From: an uncultured virus (IMG/VR IMGVR_UViG_3300028586_000785) | Taxonomy: Duplodnaviria; Heunggongvirae; Uroviricota; Caudoviricetes | DNA: 53,150 nucleotides | IMG/VR virus record: IMGVR_UViG_3300028586_000785 | Strand: one strand, 5' to 3' | In this document: piece by piece, positions 10,527 through 20,943 of the stretch | How the letters are laid out: the number at the start of each line of letters is the position of its first letter | How positions within the stretch are numbered: position 1 is the stretch's first letter | Notes under the pieces: model-generated | Told to the model about the DNA's origin: nothing | What the model saw: only the letters and a program-made list of their open reading frames with translations | The model's database searches: none | Program-made: the position numbers and the translations under genes

Positions 10527-10748
10527 CTAGTTGGATACCGAGGTAGTAAATGGGACGAACACGACTATCCAACCACTCACCATTAACGCAACACCAAACA
10601 CCACAAAGAAGAAGGGGTGTCGCTTCTTGGAGGCATATTCGCGAAGGAAGTAGATGTCCTTTTTGCGATATGCCGAGAACAGGAATGCGCCCTTAATGAG
10701 TAGATACAGCCCGAGCATGATGACCAGAAGACCCGCGAGGTCAACCAT
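10527..10748 (-). CDS. small two-TM membrane protein
   Basis: Two hydrophobic segments; start uncertain. Confidence 0.5.
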   Translation of the reverse strand: MVDLAGLLVIMLGLYLLIKGAFLFSAYRKKDIYFLREYASKKRHPFFFVVFGVALMVSGWIVVFVPFTTSVSN

Positions 10749-10824
10749 AGAGGTAATCAAACCAGCATCAAGATTGCTCTCTTCCGTGTATTGAATACTC
10801 AGCAGAGCCACTGGATATACCCGC

Positions 10825-11337
10825 TTACTTGTCTGCGCGAAGCTGCATCTCGGCGGTCGAAACAGTCGAACCCGGCTCTGATGGGATGTTGAAGATGCGT
10901 ACCTTGTCGAAGGGTGCGAGAATCTCATTGCTGGGCGGCACAGACTCGTCTACGGCACCCACCAGGATTACATCGATATCAGCCCTATTCTCATGAAGAA
11001 GTCTGATTACGGAATCGGGAATGAGGTCGAATCGCTCCACGTACAAAACGGCGCTTCTTGACGGCTTATTACCGCTGCGTCGAGGTCTCTGCACCCCTTC
11101 AATCCAGTTCTGAACAACATCTGCTTCTGAGGGGACAATCTCGCCTTCAGCCCCAGTGCCATCCTGACCTAAACGGATTCCCAGAAGAACCCTCTCTGAA
11201 TGCCTTTCAGCAAGTGCGTTAGCAATCGTCTTGGCATATCCCGAAGCTACCGGTACAAGGCTGGTACCAGCCGTGACAATGATGGCGTAAAGACCATCCT
11301 CCGGTACGTTATTCAGTGCATCCCACTCGTTACTCAT
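10825..11337 (-). CDS. hypothetical protein
   Basis: 170-aa ORF with AGGAG RBS. Confidence 0.6.
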   Translation of the reverse strand: MSNEWDALNNVPEDGLYAIIVTAGTSLVPVASGYAKTIANALAERHSERVLLGIRLGQDGTGAEGEIVPSEADVVQNWIEGVQRPRRSGNKPSRSAVLYVERFDLIPDSVIRLLHENRADIDVILVGAVDESVPPSNEILAPFDKVRIFNIPSEPGSTVSTAEMQLRADK

Positions 11338-11454
11338 TGCTCTCCTAAACTTGGGTGAATCGTATCATCTACGCAGGGCTAAGCAGCCAAGGTTGACAAA
11401 GTTCCACCAAGCACCCCAAGCACGGCTATTACCGATACAACGATTACCAATGAT

Positions 11455-12018
11455 TTACGCTTCTTGTCGGTCATCATCATGCCCATGTGCAGCCTTCTTT
11501 CTTTGTGATGCAATGCGGAACCCAAACACTACCATCAAAACTGCTAGAACCAGGATGATGTCGCCTGAGTATTGAGAGTTCATGAGGAATCCCACGAAAG
11601 GGATCTTGTAGAGAACCTTTCCTGTCACGTCGGCATCAGATATAGGTAAATCGCTACTGAGGTTGGCATCCCCCTTTGTTACAAATTCGTGTCTAGTTCC
11701 GCTCTCATTCTGTTCGGCACTGACCACTCTATGTACGATGGTTGTTGGCTCATATTGGTCTACCGTATTCGATGCCAAGTAGGTGATGACATCTCCCACC
11801 TCTATATCGTTGAGAGAGTATCTTGGGTTCACTACGATTAGGTCTCCGACCTTTAGCTCAGGCACCATCGAATCAGAGCTAACCACATACGTGTCGTTCT
11901 TGAACACCACCCGAGGGAAGAAAGAACCGGCAAGGAATACGGTTATCAGTACTAGCGCCAGAGATACGAGCAAGCCGTTACCAAACGACTTCAGATTCTG
12001 ACTTGCTCGCCTACTCAA
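11455..12018 (-). CDS. signal peptidase I (SipW/Sec11-type)
   Basis: VVSSDSMVP...GDLIVV, IVHRVV, TKGDAN motifs; TM segments at both ends. Confidence 0.85.
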   Translation of the reverse strand: MSRRASQNLKSFGNGLLVSLALVLITVFLAGSFFPRVVFKNDTYVVSSDSMVPELKVGDLIVVNPRYSLNDIEVGDVITYLASNTVDQYEPTTIVHRVVSAEQNESGTRHEFVTKGDANLSSDLPISDADVTGKVLYKIPFVGFLMNSQYSGDIILVLAVLMVVFGFRIASQRKKAAHGHDDDRQEA

Positions 12019-12036
12019 TATGACTCCACTCTAGGT

Positions 12037-12843
12037 TCAGCCCATTGTAGTTGCGGAACTACGTCTTCTGACGATAAACCCAAGCCAGAACAACAAGCTT
12101 CTGCCAATAGTCAGGCTGATGAATGAGATGGGAATAGTCACAGCGGCGGACAGACTCAATCCTTCAAGGATGTTGGGCAAGAACTGGAACCCATTGATAT
12201 GGTCTAGTGGAATGCCCACAAACAGGATCACGCTGATGGTAAAAAGCCAAGGGTGGCGAAGCGGCTTGATGAGGTAGGAAGCAATAGAACCAACCATCAT
12301 CGCACCTGCTGTGAATGCAAGCCCGTTTGACCATGATTCAATCTCTTGTAGACCAACCACGAACGATGTGAGCGAGACAATGATGGATAGTGCCGAGACA
12401 ACACCCACTACCTTACCCAAGGTAGTGGCAAGCACTAAGTCCAGAAAACGAGATCGCTTGTAACCTAACTTGATGAGGGTCGGCTCGAAGTCTATAGGCG
12501 GCGCAACCTTGGTGGTCGTGTCGTCTGACTGGCTTCGATTGCTGACGTTGGGTGTGGCAGTGTACTTAGGAACAAAAGGTGCGGGGTCTTCTTGCTTATG
12601 GCGCTGTGAAGAGTAGGCGCTGGTACGTACGTTAGTAGTTTCTTTAGGAGCCAGTGTCTTGTCGTAGTCTAGCTTCGAGGTGTAGTTGGACAGGATCGAA
12701 TAGGCATAGGTTACTTCGGCTGCCTTTTCCGTACTGCCTCCTGGGATATCAGGGTGACTTTCACGCATCTTGCGGCGATAGGCAACTTTGATATCTTCGT
12801 CTGTAGCACCCTGTGATACACCTAGTGTCTTGTAGTGACTCAT
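12037..12843 (-). CDS. J-domain membrane protein
   Basis: HYKTLGV...AYRR...HPD J-domain plus several C-terminal TM helices. Confidence 0.85.
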   Translation of the reverse strand: MSHYKTLGVSQGATDEDIKVAYRRKMRESHPDIPGGSTEKAAEVTYAYSILSNYTSKLDYDKTLAPKETTNVRTSAYSSQRHKQEDPAPFVPKYTATPNVSNRSQSDDTTTKVAPPIDFEPTLIKLGYKRSRFLDLVLATTLGKVVGVVSALSIIVSLTSFVVGLQEIESWSNGLAFTAGAMMVGSIASYLIKPLRHPWLFTISVILFVGIPLDHINGFQFLPNILEGLSLSAAVTIPISFISLTIGRSLLFWLGFIVRRRSSATTMG

Positions 12844-12960
12844 ATGGCTGCTCCCTTCACGAATCAACATTACCAACAAAGGACCGATTATGCAATTTCA
12901 TTGTTCACTAGTGTTATCCTATTGAAGTAGTTGTCCACTATTTCCGGAAGGAACAAGGAA

Positions 12961-13380
12961 ATGTCCACAGGAATTCTAGAGCACACCGATACATACCTCA
13001 GAACAGTATGCCCGTCCAATAGGCGCTCGGCATTGCAAGGGGTAATCTACGAAACTGCTGATGTCATCGATGATCAGTTGGTTGAGAGAATGGACGGCAA
13101 TTTCAATGTTGTCGTCACTCGACACGAAAGCGAATTTGCTGCCAATCACCAGTCCAGCCGCATCAACGCTGCTGGTGGATTCACTGCGGAAGTATTCGAC
13201 ACTATGGAAGCAGCTATGGCAATGCCTCCCGTCTTGGAAAAGAACGTAAAGTCTGTTCTCCCTCACCTATCCAACCGTTCTGCTGATACACAAAACGGTC
13301 TATGTGGATTGATGGTAGAGAGTGCTGGTGCTCCTTGTAAGCTCAAAGCTCTTCACCGTGGTAACTGCCGTACAAAGTAG
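12961..13380 (+). CDS. hypothetical protein with C-terminal C-x10-C-x5-H-x3-C motif
   Basis: Ends LCGLMVESAGAPCKLKALHRGNCRTK. Confidence 0.6.
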   Translation: MSTGILEHTDTYLRTVCPSNRRSALQGVIYETADVIDDQLVERMDGNFNVVVTRHESEFAANHQSSRINAAGGFTAEVFDTMEAAMAMPPVLEKNVKSVLPHLSNRSADTQNGLCGLMVESAGAPCKLKALHRGNCRTK

Positions 13381-13553
13381 CAGTGAATCAACTTTTCCAA
13401 AGTTTCTCAAATTAGTACTTGACACAACCTGATTGTTCTTGTACCGTAGCTCCTACATCAGAACTTGTCATCTAACGCATGTTCTGATAACTTGCGCATC
13501 TCACACTTTTAGTGTAAGCTCAATCGCAAGCAACACAAACAAGGAGAAACTAC

Positions 13554-14675
13554 ATGAATAACGAAGAGCGCGAAAGCCTATGGCAGGATCGACTTGCCGA
13601 GGTCAGCGATTTCTATAACAAGCACGGACGTAACCCGTCTTCGACCGTTACCGAAGAGGCAACACTAGCTTCTTGGTTTACGATGCAGCGTGTCCGACTT
13701 CGCTCGGGCAACATGCGTGCAGACCGAGCCGACCTGCTTGATCAGAAGCTCCCTCACTGGCGTGAGACGAGTAGCCGAACCGATAGGTTTAGCACGAACC
13801 TCGACGCTTATCTGAAGTTCACCTCCGACAACGACCGTACTCCCGTTTCATCTGCTGATGACGAGGAAGAGCGCAAGCTCGCCATCTGGATGTCCAACCA
13901 GAAGGCTCAGGCACGACGCGGTGAGGCATCTCCCGATTCGATTGCCACCCTCGACGAGAAGATTCCGGGATGGAATGACTGGCAGCGACAGAAACAGACT
14001 CGTGCCGATAACTACCCCGACTGGGACCAGAACCTCGACCTTTTGGTCAAGTTCCTCGATGACAATGGTGTCAAGCCCGTTTTCGAGTGTGAGAACGGTG
14101 AAGAGCGTCGGCTTGCCGCCTGGCTCAACAACCAGCGTCGTATGTTCCGTAAGGGTCAGATGGCTGATGACCGCGTAGCCAAGCTCGAAGAAGCTGTACC
14201 CTCTTGGAACGACCTGTCGCGTAATGATGGCAAGTGGAGCAAGAACCTTGCCCAGGTCAAGTCCTTCTTCGAGTCGAAGGGTTATGCTCCTGCCGCGAAC
14301 GCTGAAGATGCAGAAGAGCGTCGTCTAGCTCGTTGGTTCTTCGAGCAGAAGCGCAAGGTCAACTCTGGTAGTGCTGATGCACGAACTGATGAGTTCGTTG
14401 CTGCCCTACCCAACTGGGAAAACATCAAGGCTCCTACCAACGTTTCTAGCTGGGATGAGACCCTTGAGTCGTCTGCTGAGTACGTCAAGAACAACGGTTC
14501 GTTCCCTGCCACCACTTCAGAAGATCCCGAAGTGCGTCGTATGGGGTTCTGGGTCACTCGTAACCGCAAGTACCTCAAGGACGGCAAGCTCTCGAACGAC
14601 AAGCTCGCCAAGCTTGACGAGAAGCTGCCCAACTGGCGACGTGGAAGTCTTGGTCGTCCTTCACGAGCCGCATAA
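13554..14675 (+). CDS. tandem helicase-associated (HA) domain protein
   Basis: Five repeats of W..nL..l..F....G..P......E..LA.W...Qr........dr...Ld...P.W; AAGGAG RBS. Confidence 0.75.
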   Translation: MNNEERESLWQDRLAEVSDFYNKHGRNPSSTVTEEATLASWFTMQRVRLRSGNMRADRADLLDQKLPHWRETSSRTDRFSTNLDAYLKFTSDNDRTPVSSADDEEERKLAIWMSNQKAQARRGEASPDSIATLDEKIPGWNDWQRQKQTRADNYPDWDQNLDLLVKFLDDNGVKPVFECENGEERRLAAWLNNQRRMFRKGQMADDRVAKLEEAVPSWNDLSRNDGKWSKNLAQVKSFFESKGYAPAANAEDAEERRLARWFFEQKRKVNSGSADARTDEFVAALPNWENIKAPTNVSSWDETLESSAEYVKNNGSFPATTSEDPEVRRMGFWVTRNRKYLKDGKLSNDKLAKLDEKLPNWRRGSLGRPSRAA

Positions 14676-14682
14676 GTAACAA

Positions 14683-14724
14683 CGAAAACACCCGATGTGC
14701 CTCTCCTAGCATCGGGTGTTTTCG
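14683..14724 (+). terminator. intrinsic terminator
   Basis: CGAAAACACCCGATG...CATCGGGTGTTTTCG. Confidence 0.65.
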
Positions 14725-14766
14725 CGTTTCTAGAACATATCGAATGCTCTCGTGTAGCCTTCTTTT

Positions 14767-15369
14767 ATGCAGCAGGTCACCGGAGCAGGAGTTCCGTCCG
14801 CAAAACCCGATGGGATACCCGTACGCGAACTAACGTACGGCACCGTTGTCAGTATGACTGAGTATCTCTTGCCGTTTGTGGATGATACCGGAGAAATCGC
14901 TATTGGTTCTTTTGGACCTTCTGACAGACTCCGGTCGCATTTTGAATTGATGTCGCAGGTGATGCCTTGGGGAGTTTTCGCGGCATCATGCATCAAGCTT
15001 TGCAATCAAATGGTCGGCTTCATTGAGAACACTGATCGCCTAAGACTAGATGTGTGGAACGAAGCAAAGAGGCTCATCATCCACAATGCTGTACCCATAG
15101 CCGGTTTGTCGGGCATGTCGGAAGAACTACTTGCCGAGTCATTACAGTCATTCATCAACGATAGCGTGCTTGTCTTCTTGCTAGGAATCGATATCAAAGA
15201 GGTATCAAGTCCCACAAGCTTGGGATGTAGCGAGTACGAATACGCTGTATTGGTGACTGTAATTTCGTCGGCGCTCATCTTTGCATCAGCGAACTGCAAG
15301 GGTAGTCTCCACATCTCAGTTATCGAAGAGCTAAAGTCAAATCTGAACGGGATTGCACTCTCCATATAG
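14767..15369 (+). CDS. hypothetical protein
   Basis: 200-aa ORF; start uncertain. Confidence 0.5.
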   Translation: MQQVTGAGVPSAKPDGIPVRELTYGTVVSMTEYLLPFVDDTGEIAIGSFGPSDRLRSHFELMSQVMPWGVFAASCIKLCNQMVGFIENTDRLRLDVWNEAKRLIIHNAVPIAGLSGMSEELLAESLQSFINDSVLVFLLGIDIKEVSSPTSLGCSEYEYAVLVTVISSALIFASANCKGSLHISVIEELKSNLNGIALSI

Positions 15370-15414
15370 ATGTCGTCGCCACAGTGTAATCTAGTGGTAT
15401 CAAGGAGGACAATC

Positions 15415-16908
15415 TTGTCTATTGCTAACCGCGTACCCACAGCCATTGTCGATAAGAATGGCAAGCACACAACCGTGCATCGCTCGCCCGAGGGCATGAA
15501 CGACATCAAGAGTAGAATCGCAAAGATCGCCGCGCCCCAGGCTGTCGAAGTCTCTTCCATTGATGATGAGCCAGATTGGGACAGAGCAAGTCTTCCTACT
15601 CAGGAGTACACAATCAATTCAGCCACGGTGGGTAAGTTCGAGCACATCATCGAAAAGGCTAACAACCGATTGACACGAAGCGGTGTCGAAGAGCAGTTCG
15701 AATACTCTTACCGAAACGATGTCATTGAGAACCCAGACGGGTCGCACAAAGAAGTCATCATCGCAACGCTCAACAAGCCTGTCATCTCTAATGGTAATTG
15801 GACCTTTGCAGCAACACATGAGTTCACCCCAGCGGGCGAGGTCGTAAGCTACTTCTCATCTGAGGATGCTTCTTTCAAGCAGCCTGAGGATGCACACTGT
15901 GACCAGTGCAACACTAACCGCCGTCGAGAGCGCGTATACACCGTAACCAACTCTGACGACGAGTCGAAGCAGATTGGTTCTAGCTGCCTTGAACTCTTCA
16001 TGGGTGTCAAGCCAGAAGGTCTATGGTCCCTAAGTGACACCAAGATTGAAGAGTCGCTTTCTGAGCTTGAATCCCTATCCTTGGGCAGCAGAGATGGTGT
16101 TACTTACCCGCTTGAAGACATCATCGGAGTCGCTCTACAGGCAAGTAACAACGGTAAGGATTACGTCGCAAAGAGCAGAGGTACAAAAGAAAACCCTCCT
16201 ACTGCATACGCTGTCGAAATGAAGATGCAGGAAAAGCGAAACCCCGATACCTTTGACAAGAAGGCAATCCAGTCTGTTATTGACTACATCAGCAATGTCG
16301 ATTCCAACAACAGTGACTACCTTGACAACCTAAAAGCTATCTTCAAGCCAGGTGAGAATGGTGCTTTCGTCAAGAGTCGTCACATGGGTCTTGCTACGTC
16401 CGCTGTTGCTGCTTGGTACAGAGAGAACAACCAGCGAGAAGAGAGGGAAGCCAAGCCTCCTGTCAAGCAAGAATGGCTGGGTGCGAAGGGTGACAAGATT
16501 GAAAAGCCCATGACACTCACCCTAGAGTTCCGTAAAACCTTCTCAGGCGAGTATGGAGAATCAACACTCATGGTGTTCCGAGATCAAGACAATAGGCTTA
16601 TCAAGTGGGGCGCAAGCAACCCTCCCGATGTCTGGGAAGGCGGTAGTATCGATGTCGGTCGCGTTACGGTCAAAGAGCAAGCAATCTACAAGGATGATAA
16701 GCAGACTGCCATCATCAGACCGAAGGTGAACGGCGTTATCGATTCGGGTAATTACCCCGAATGGGTAGCTTACGACAAGGTAAGAGCACATGTTCAAGGT
16801 CTTCCCTCCGCTGAGGTTCAGTCTGTACTTGAGAAGTTCGAAGCGACCGGAAGTGTCGAGGGCAAAAGAGCCTTCCTTGCTAGTCTCCAAAGCACTCCAT
16901 CTTCATAG
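15415..16908 (+). CDS. hypothetical protein with N-terminal IVDKNG motif, Zn-binding Cys motif and OB-fold-like C-terminus
   Basis: AAGGAGG RBS before TTG at 15415; CDQC...QIGSSC. Confidence 0.7.
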   Translation: MSIANRVPTAIVDKNGKHTTVHRSPEGMNDIKSRIAKIAAPQAVEVSSIDDEPDWDRASLPTQEYTINSATVGKFEHIIEKANNRLTRSGVEEQFEYSYRNDVIENPDGSHKEVIIATLNKPVISNGNWTFAATHEFTPAGEVVSYFSSEDASFKQPEDAHCDQCNTNRRRERVYTVTNSDDESKQIGSSCLELFMGVKPEGLWSLSDTKIEESLSELESLSLGSRDGVTYPLEDIIGVALQASNNGKDYVAKSRGTKENPPTAYAVEMKMQEKRNPDTFDKKAIQSVIDYISNVDSNNSDYLDNLKAIFKPGENGAFVKSRHMGLATSAVAAWYRENNQREEREAKPPVKQEWLGAKGDKIEKPMTLTLEFRKTFSGEYGESTLMVFRDQDNRLIKWGASNPPDVWEGGSIDVGRVTVKEQAIYKDDKQTAIIRPKVNGVIDSGNYPEWVAYDKVRAHVQGLPSAEVQSVLEKFEATGSVEGKRAFLASLQSTPSS

Positions 16909-16990
16909 CAGAGGTTCGCGCCAAGATCGCAAAACTCAACTGAAGTTTACCTAGCGAATTGCGAGCAGTAGTGCTAACTTATACCCGCAC

Positions 16991-17034
16991 GTCAGGACAG
17001 CTAAACCGACAGCACTTGGTTTAGCTGTCCTGAC
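16991..17034. repeat. 19-bp inverted repeat immediately upstream of the Rep-like gene
   Basis: GTCAGGACAGCTAAACCGA-cagcac-TTGGTTTAGCTGTCCTGAC. Confidence 0.85.
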
Positions 17035-17057
17035 CATTTACCAAGGCTATAAAGGAG

Positions 17058-18425
17058 GTGCTCGGTACATACATGCAAGAGAACAATGTTGTAGCTCCCG
17101 AGCTAGCCCAGGAGGAAAGCATCAAGCTTTCCATTCCTAAGGTATCCTTTACCGAGTACCGAAAAGAGATTAGTTCATCTCGCAAGATACTTCGAAGCAT
17201 CAGTAGTTCGTATCGAATCAGGAACTGCCAGCGATACTCCAACGGCAACACATCAGACCAGACAATCATCGTTGATGGCTCAGGTCAGGTTGTTGAGGCT
17301 AGATTCTCCAAGTTGGCTATTTGCGGTCGTGCGTCTTGTCCTAACTGCGGTCAGATGCGAGGCATGAAGGCTGAGCGGCAGATAGAGGCGCTTATCAAGT
17401 CAGCGCAGCACAAGGGCGGTAGAGCACAACTTATCGTCTCTACGAGTCGCTCAGCAGCGCGGCTTGATCACGACGAGTTGATGCAGGTGCAGGCTAAGGC
17501 GTATGCGAAGTTCTTGGCTAAGATGAATGGTCGCGAGAAGTCAAAATTCAACGTCGCGGGTATCGTGCATATGCCTGAGATTAGCTACACCGAAGCAGGT
17601 ATCAACCCTCATAGCAACGTAGTGATTATCTACAGTGCTCATGTTCCTGACATCACCATGAAGCAGGTTGAAGACATTTACGCCCGCATCTGGATCGACA
17701 CTCACATTGCAGAGGGTCTGCCTCGACCCACTCGCAAGAATGGCGTGGTAGCTCAAGAGATATTCGACCCCACAATTGTCAGTGGCTACCTTACAAAATC
17801 GTACAAGCACGGCTTTCCCCGTTCGCTGTTCAATAACGGCTGGTTCAAGGAGAACGGTGACCTAGACGACTCTGGTAATGGGAATGTACGAAACCCCCAT
17901 GACATCTTGCGTCTCATCAATGGCAATCAAAAGCTCCGCAAGTTCTTTATCAACATGGACAAGCAGCAAGAGATTGTGCGGCTGGGAGGTCTGGAATTTG
18001 GGCTACTCAATAAGCAGGACGGCAGTATCACCGAACTAGACAAGCTGCCCAAGATCATTCGTCACTGGTACGACTACGAGACAGCCACCAAGGGCAAGAA
18101 CATCATCTCCGTGACCAAAGCAGTTCCTGATTCAGAACGTAGCAACGAGCAGTTCTGGGCAGAGGTTCATGAGATGGCTGAGGAATCCATGCGCGCGCCA
18201 AGCGATGACAGTCGAGTAACTATCACAGTTTCGTATGACCTACAGAAGTGGGTTGAATCCAGAAGTAGCGTGGATGATCTAATCATTGCTCTCAACTCTG
18301 CTGCGCTCTCAATAGAGCCTTCTGAGAACACCGAGGAATCCATCAGGACCGCGTTGAGTGCAGCAATGGATAGCTGGGAAGAACGTAAAGGAAAGCCCCT
18401 CAGAGAGGCTCCTATCGCCGCCTAG
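17058..18425 (+). CDS. rolling-circle Rep-like (HUH superfamily) protein
   Basis: C.RASCPNC Zn finger, EISYTEAGINPHSN motif II (degenerate), GYLTK motif III, WYDYE.ATKG. Confidence 0.65.
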   Translation: MLGTYMQENNVVAPELAQEESIKLSIPKVSFTEYRKEISSSRKILRSISSSYRIRNCQRYSNGNTSDQTIIVDGSGQVVEARFSKLAICGRASCPNCGQMRGMKAERQIEALIKSAQHKGGRAQLIVSTSRSAARLDHDELMQVQAKAYAKFLAKMNGREKSKFNVAGIVHMPEISYTEAGINPHSNVVIIYSAHVPDITMKQVEDIYARIWIDTHIAEGLPRPTRKNGVVAQEIFDPTIVSGYLTKSYKHGFPRSLFNNGWFKENGDLDDSGNGNVRNPHDILRLINGNQKLRKFFINMDKQQEIVRLGGLEFGLLNKQDGSITELDKLPKIIRHWYDYETATKGKNIISVTKAVPDSERSNEQFWAEVHEMAEESMRAPSDDSRVTITVSYDLQKWVESRSSVDDLIIALNSAALSIEPSENTEESIRTALSAAMDSWEERKGKPLREAPIAA

Positions 18426-19195
18426 AGGCGCGAGCGACATCTTCCTCTATGATTAGCGCGGAGAAGGCAAGCTTTACCGCTTGACTTCACGATTAGTCCG
18501 CACGTTCTTTCGTCCGCATCCTTACGATTGCGCTCAAATGCAAGTAGCGAATGGCGCTTCTTGCTCTTCTTGCTGCTTTTGATTGATTCATCATTGATGC
18601 TGTCCTGCATGACAACCGACTTGTAGTGGTTGGACAGGAACTCAGCCTTGGAGGGCAGAGAATCCCAATCGTAGCGGGCGTACAATCTCGGCGCATAGAC
18701 GGCAACTTCTTGCATGTGGTGATGTTGAGCAATCGTACCTGAGTCTTTAATCGGATCAACCATGAAGAACAGACCTTCCTCATGTGGTGCTAACTGGTTG
18801 CCTATGTAGCAATCAAGCGTTCCGTGGTCGAGGTTGAGGACGTACCCATACTCAGCAGACTGGAAATCAGATGGCTTGGTGGTACCGTATACGACTCCGT
18901 TATAGAGCATGTCTCTGGGACTACCAAGAGCCTCTTCCAGAACGCCTTCGGGGAATGCACCCACCTTTTCGGAGAAGTCCTCAGCGCCTTCATACCCAAA
19001 TGCCTTAGCAATTACATCATCATCCGAATTGGATGGGATCGTCTGCAATGTTGTGACCATGCGGAGCAAGTCTTCACGATTTGCCTCACGAACCCAGTCG
19101 AGGTAATGCGGTGCAAATGCCTCATAAGACGAGTCAACATTAGCGAGCTTCACGTCACCGTCGATTTCAAAGCCGAAAAAGCCGATGGCATCCAT
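18422..19195 (-). CDS. hypothetical protein with C-terminal C-x10-C-x5-H-x3-C motif
   Basis: Ends TCGLIVKSSGKACLLRANHRGRCRSRL. Confidence 0.65.
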   Translation of the reverse strand: MDAIGFFGFEIDGDVKLANVDSSYEAFAPHYLDWVREANREDLLRMVTTLQTIPSNSDDDVIAKAFGYEGAEDFSEKVGAFPEGVLEEALGSPRDMLYNGVVYGTTKPSDFQSAEYGYVLNLDHGTLDCYIGNQLAPHEEGLFFMVDPIKDSGTIAQHHHMQEVAVYAPRLYARYDWDSLPSKAEFLSNHYKSVVMQDSINDESIKSSKKSKKRHSLLAFERNRKDADERTCGLIVKSSGKACLLRANHRGRCRSRL

Positions 19196-19249
19196 TTACT
19201 GTTCTCTCAATCTAGTCTCTCGACTCATTCCGTTATTGTAGCTGGGGTA

Positions 19250-20341
19250 TTACTTGAAGATTGAGCTATCGAATTTCTTCTCGAACAGAGGAATGCTGTC
19301 TTTGTCCTCACGCTTTAGCTTAGCTACTACCTTGTCGTGCATGGTGCTTAGCGCCTCATCCTCAGACTGACCTCTCTTTGCCGCCAGAGCGGTAAGTAGA
19401 GTCCTCATGTCGGAGATCTTCTTGGATGCCCATTCATCTCTTGCCGCGTCCGCACCAAGGTCTCTTTCGGTGACATCGAGGTAGGTGAAGTTGTGCATGA
19501 TGCTGTCAACTAGTTCCATCTCGGCAGCACGTTCGGTCTTGATAACCGTGTACTTGTCAAGACGCAATGGCGTTCCATCAGGATTGGTAATGGACTTAGC
19601 GAGCTTAGCCGCATCAGCAGCAGCCTTCTTCTCAAAGCGCGCCTGACGCTCAGCTTTCTGCTGTGCTCTTGCTGGCGTGTCCATCTTGCTAGGTCGATTG
19701 GTGGTGTCTACGGGCGCATTAGGGAAACAGAATGTGCAGGCTTCCTCGCCAGCATCAGCAACAATCTCATCATCGGTGGAACCCGAACGATCTGCATGCC
19801 AGTGGAACTCAGTGGAGCTATTGCATGAACTGCAATGCATGCTGGTGTGTACGTGACCATTGCTGTTGGTCACCTGATAGAAACGACTCCACCCGCCACG
19901 GGCGGTAAACTCAGCCTCATAGGGTTCTGCCTCAATTTTGACATCATCGAGCAAAGCTCTCTCTTGCTCAATCTGGTTTTCAAGATCAGAAATCGTCTTC
20001 TGATACCTATTTGCGTAGTACCCATCTTTATCCTCTACGCCTCTTGCCTGAAGGTTCTGTAACTCTCGTGCGGTATGTGCGCGATACGACTCGATGCTTC
20101 CCTGAGCGCTCGAAATCTTGTTCATGTGCGTAAACATGCGCTGATAGATCTCCGCGAGCGGTACGTCGATATCAGCGGGAGCATCATGCTCAAAGGGGCG
20201 AGCCTGCTGAGAAGACAACTTGGGGGCGGGAGCGTTACCTAGGCGCTTACCTGTAGTGCCGTTGTCAATCTTCTTGTGACGAGTTGTCGCTACGCCATTC
20301 TTATCAACGATAGCTTCTGGTCTGGTGCTGTTGGATACCAT
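19250..20341 (-). CDS. hypothetical protein with N-terminal IVDKNG motif and His/Cys cluster
   Basis: AIVDKNGVATTRHKK; GHVH.SMHCSSC...CTFCFP. Confidence 0.7.
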   Translation of the reverse strand: MVSNSTRPEAIVDKNGVATTRHKKIDNGTTGKRLGNAPAPKLSSQQARPFEHDAPADIDVPLAEIYQRMFTHMNKISSAQGSIESYRAHTARELQNLQARGVEDKDGYYANRYQKTISDLENQIEQERALLDDVKIEAEPYEAEFTARGGWSRFYQVTNSNGHVHTSMHCSSCNSSTEFHWHADRSGSTDDEIVADAGEEACTFCFPNAPVDTTNRPSKMDTPARAQQKAERQARFEKKAAADAAKLAKSITNPDGTPLRLDKYTVIKTERAAEMELVDSIMHNFTYLDVTERDLGADAARDEWASKKISDMRTLLTALAAKRGQSEDEALSTMHDKVVAKLKREDKDSIPLFEKKFDSSIFK

Positions 20342-20409
20342 GTCTTCTCCCTTGTGCTCTATACATCATAGTCGATGGCACCGACTCTCTAGATGGTAGG
20401 ATTCGTTTC

Positions 20410-20943
20410 ATGGCAGAACGACTTTACCCCGACCGACAAAGATGCAAGAAGTGCAAGAAGGGTCTACAAGATACACCGGTAGTAGACGGTCTGTTTTGTT
20501 CATACTCGTGTGCAAAGATACCCCGCCCCTCCGATGATGTCGAAAAGGCACCGAGGAATTGTAAGCGTCAGGTCAATGGTGCATGGGGATTCAAGACACG
20601 ATTCAAGTACGAAGGCGAAGTACCCGCCAAATGGCGAAATGATCCCGCGACCAACATTTACCTATGTGATTACTGCCACAACCTGCACATCGGACATAAC
20701 GCGCCAGTAGCAAAAGAAGAGGCTACCCTACACCGGGCTGTTACTAGCTTGGAGCAACTAGGTTCAGTAATCCAAAGACACCGTGAGTCCAAAAACATCA
20801 CGAGGAAGCAAGTGGCGACCAAAATCAAAGTCCCCATTATCCGAGTCACTGAGATCGAAGAGGGCAGAAAAGAAGCGAAAGCCGAAGTCCTGTTCGCTGT
20901 TGTGCGTGAACTTCGGCTTTCGCTGGAAATCAAATCTCGTTAG
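20410..20943 (+). CDS. Zn-finger plus XRE-family HTH protein
   Basis: CKKC/FCSYSC and CDYC..LH motifs; C-terminal Cro/CI-like HTH (ITRKQVA...IEEG). Confidence 0.7.
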   Translation: MAERLYPDRQRCKKCKKGLQDTPVVDGLFCSYSCAKIPRPSDDVEKAPRNCKRQVNGAWGFKTRFKYEGEVPAKWRNDPATNIYLCDYCHNLHIGHNAPVAKEEATLHRAVTSLEQLGSVIQRHRESKNITRKQVATKIKVPIIRVTEIEEGRKEAKAEVLFAVVRELRLSLEIKSR

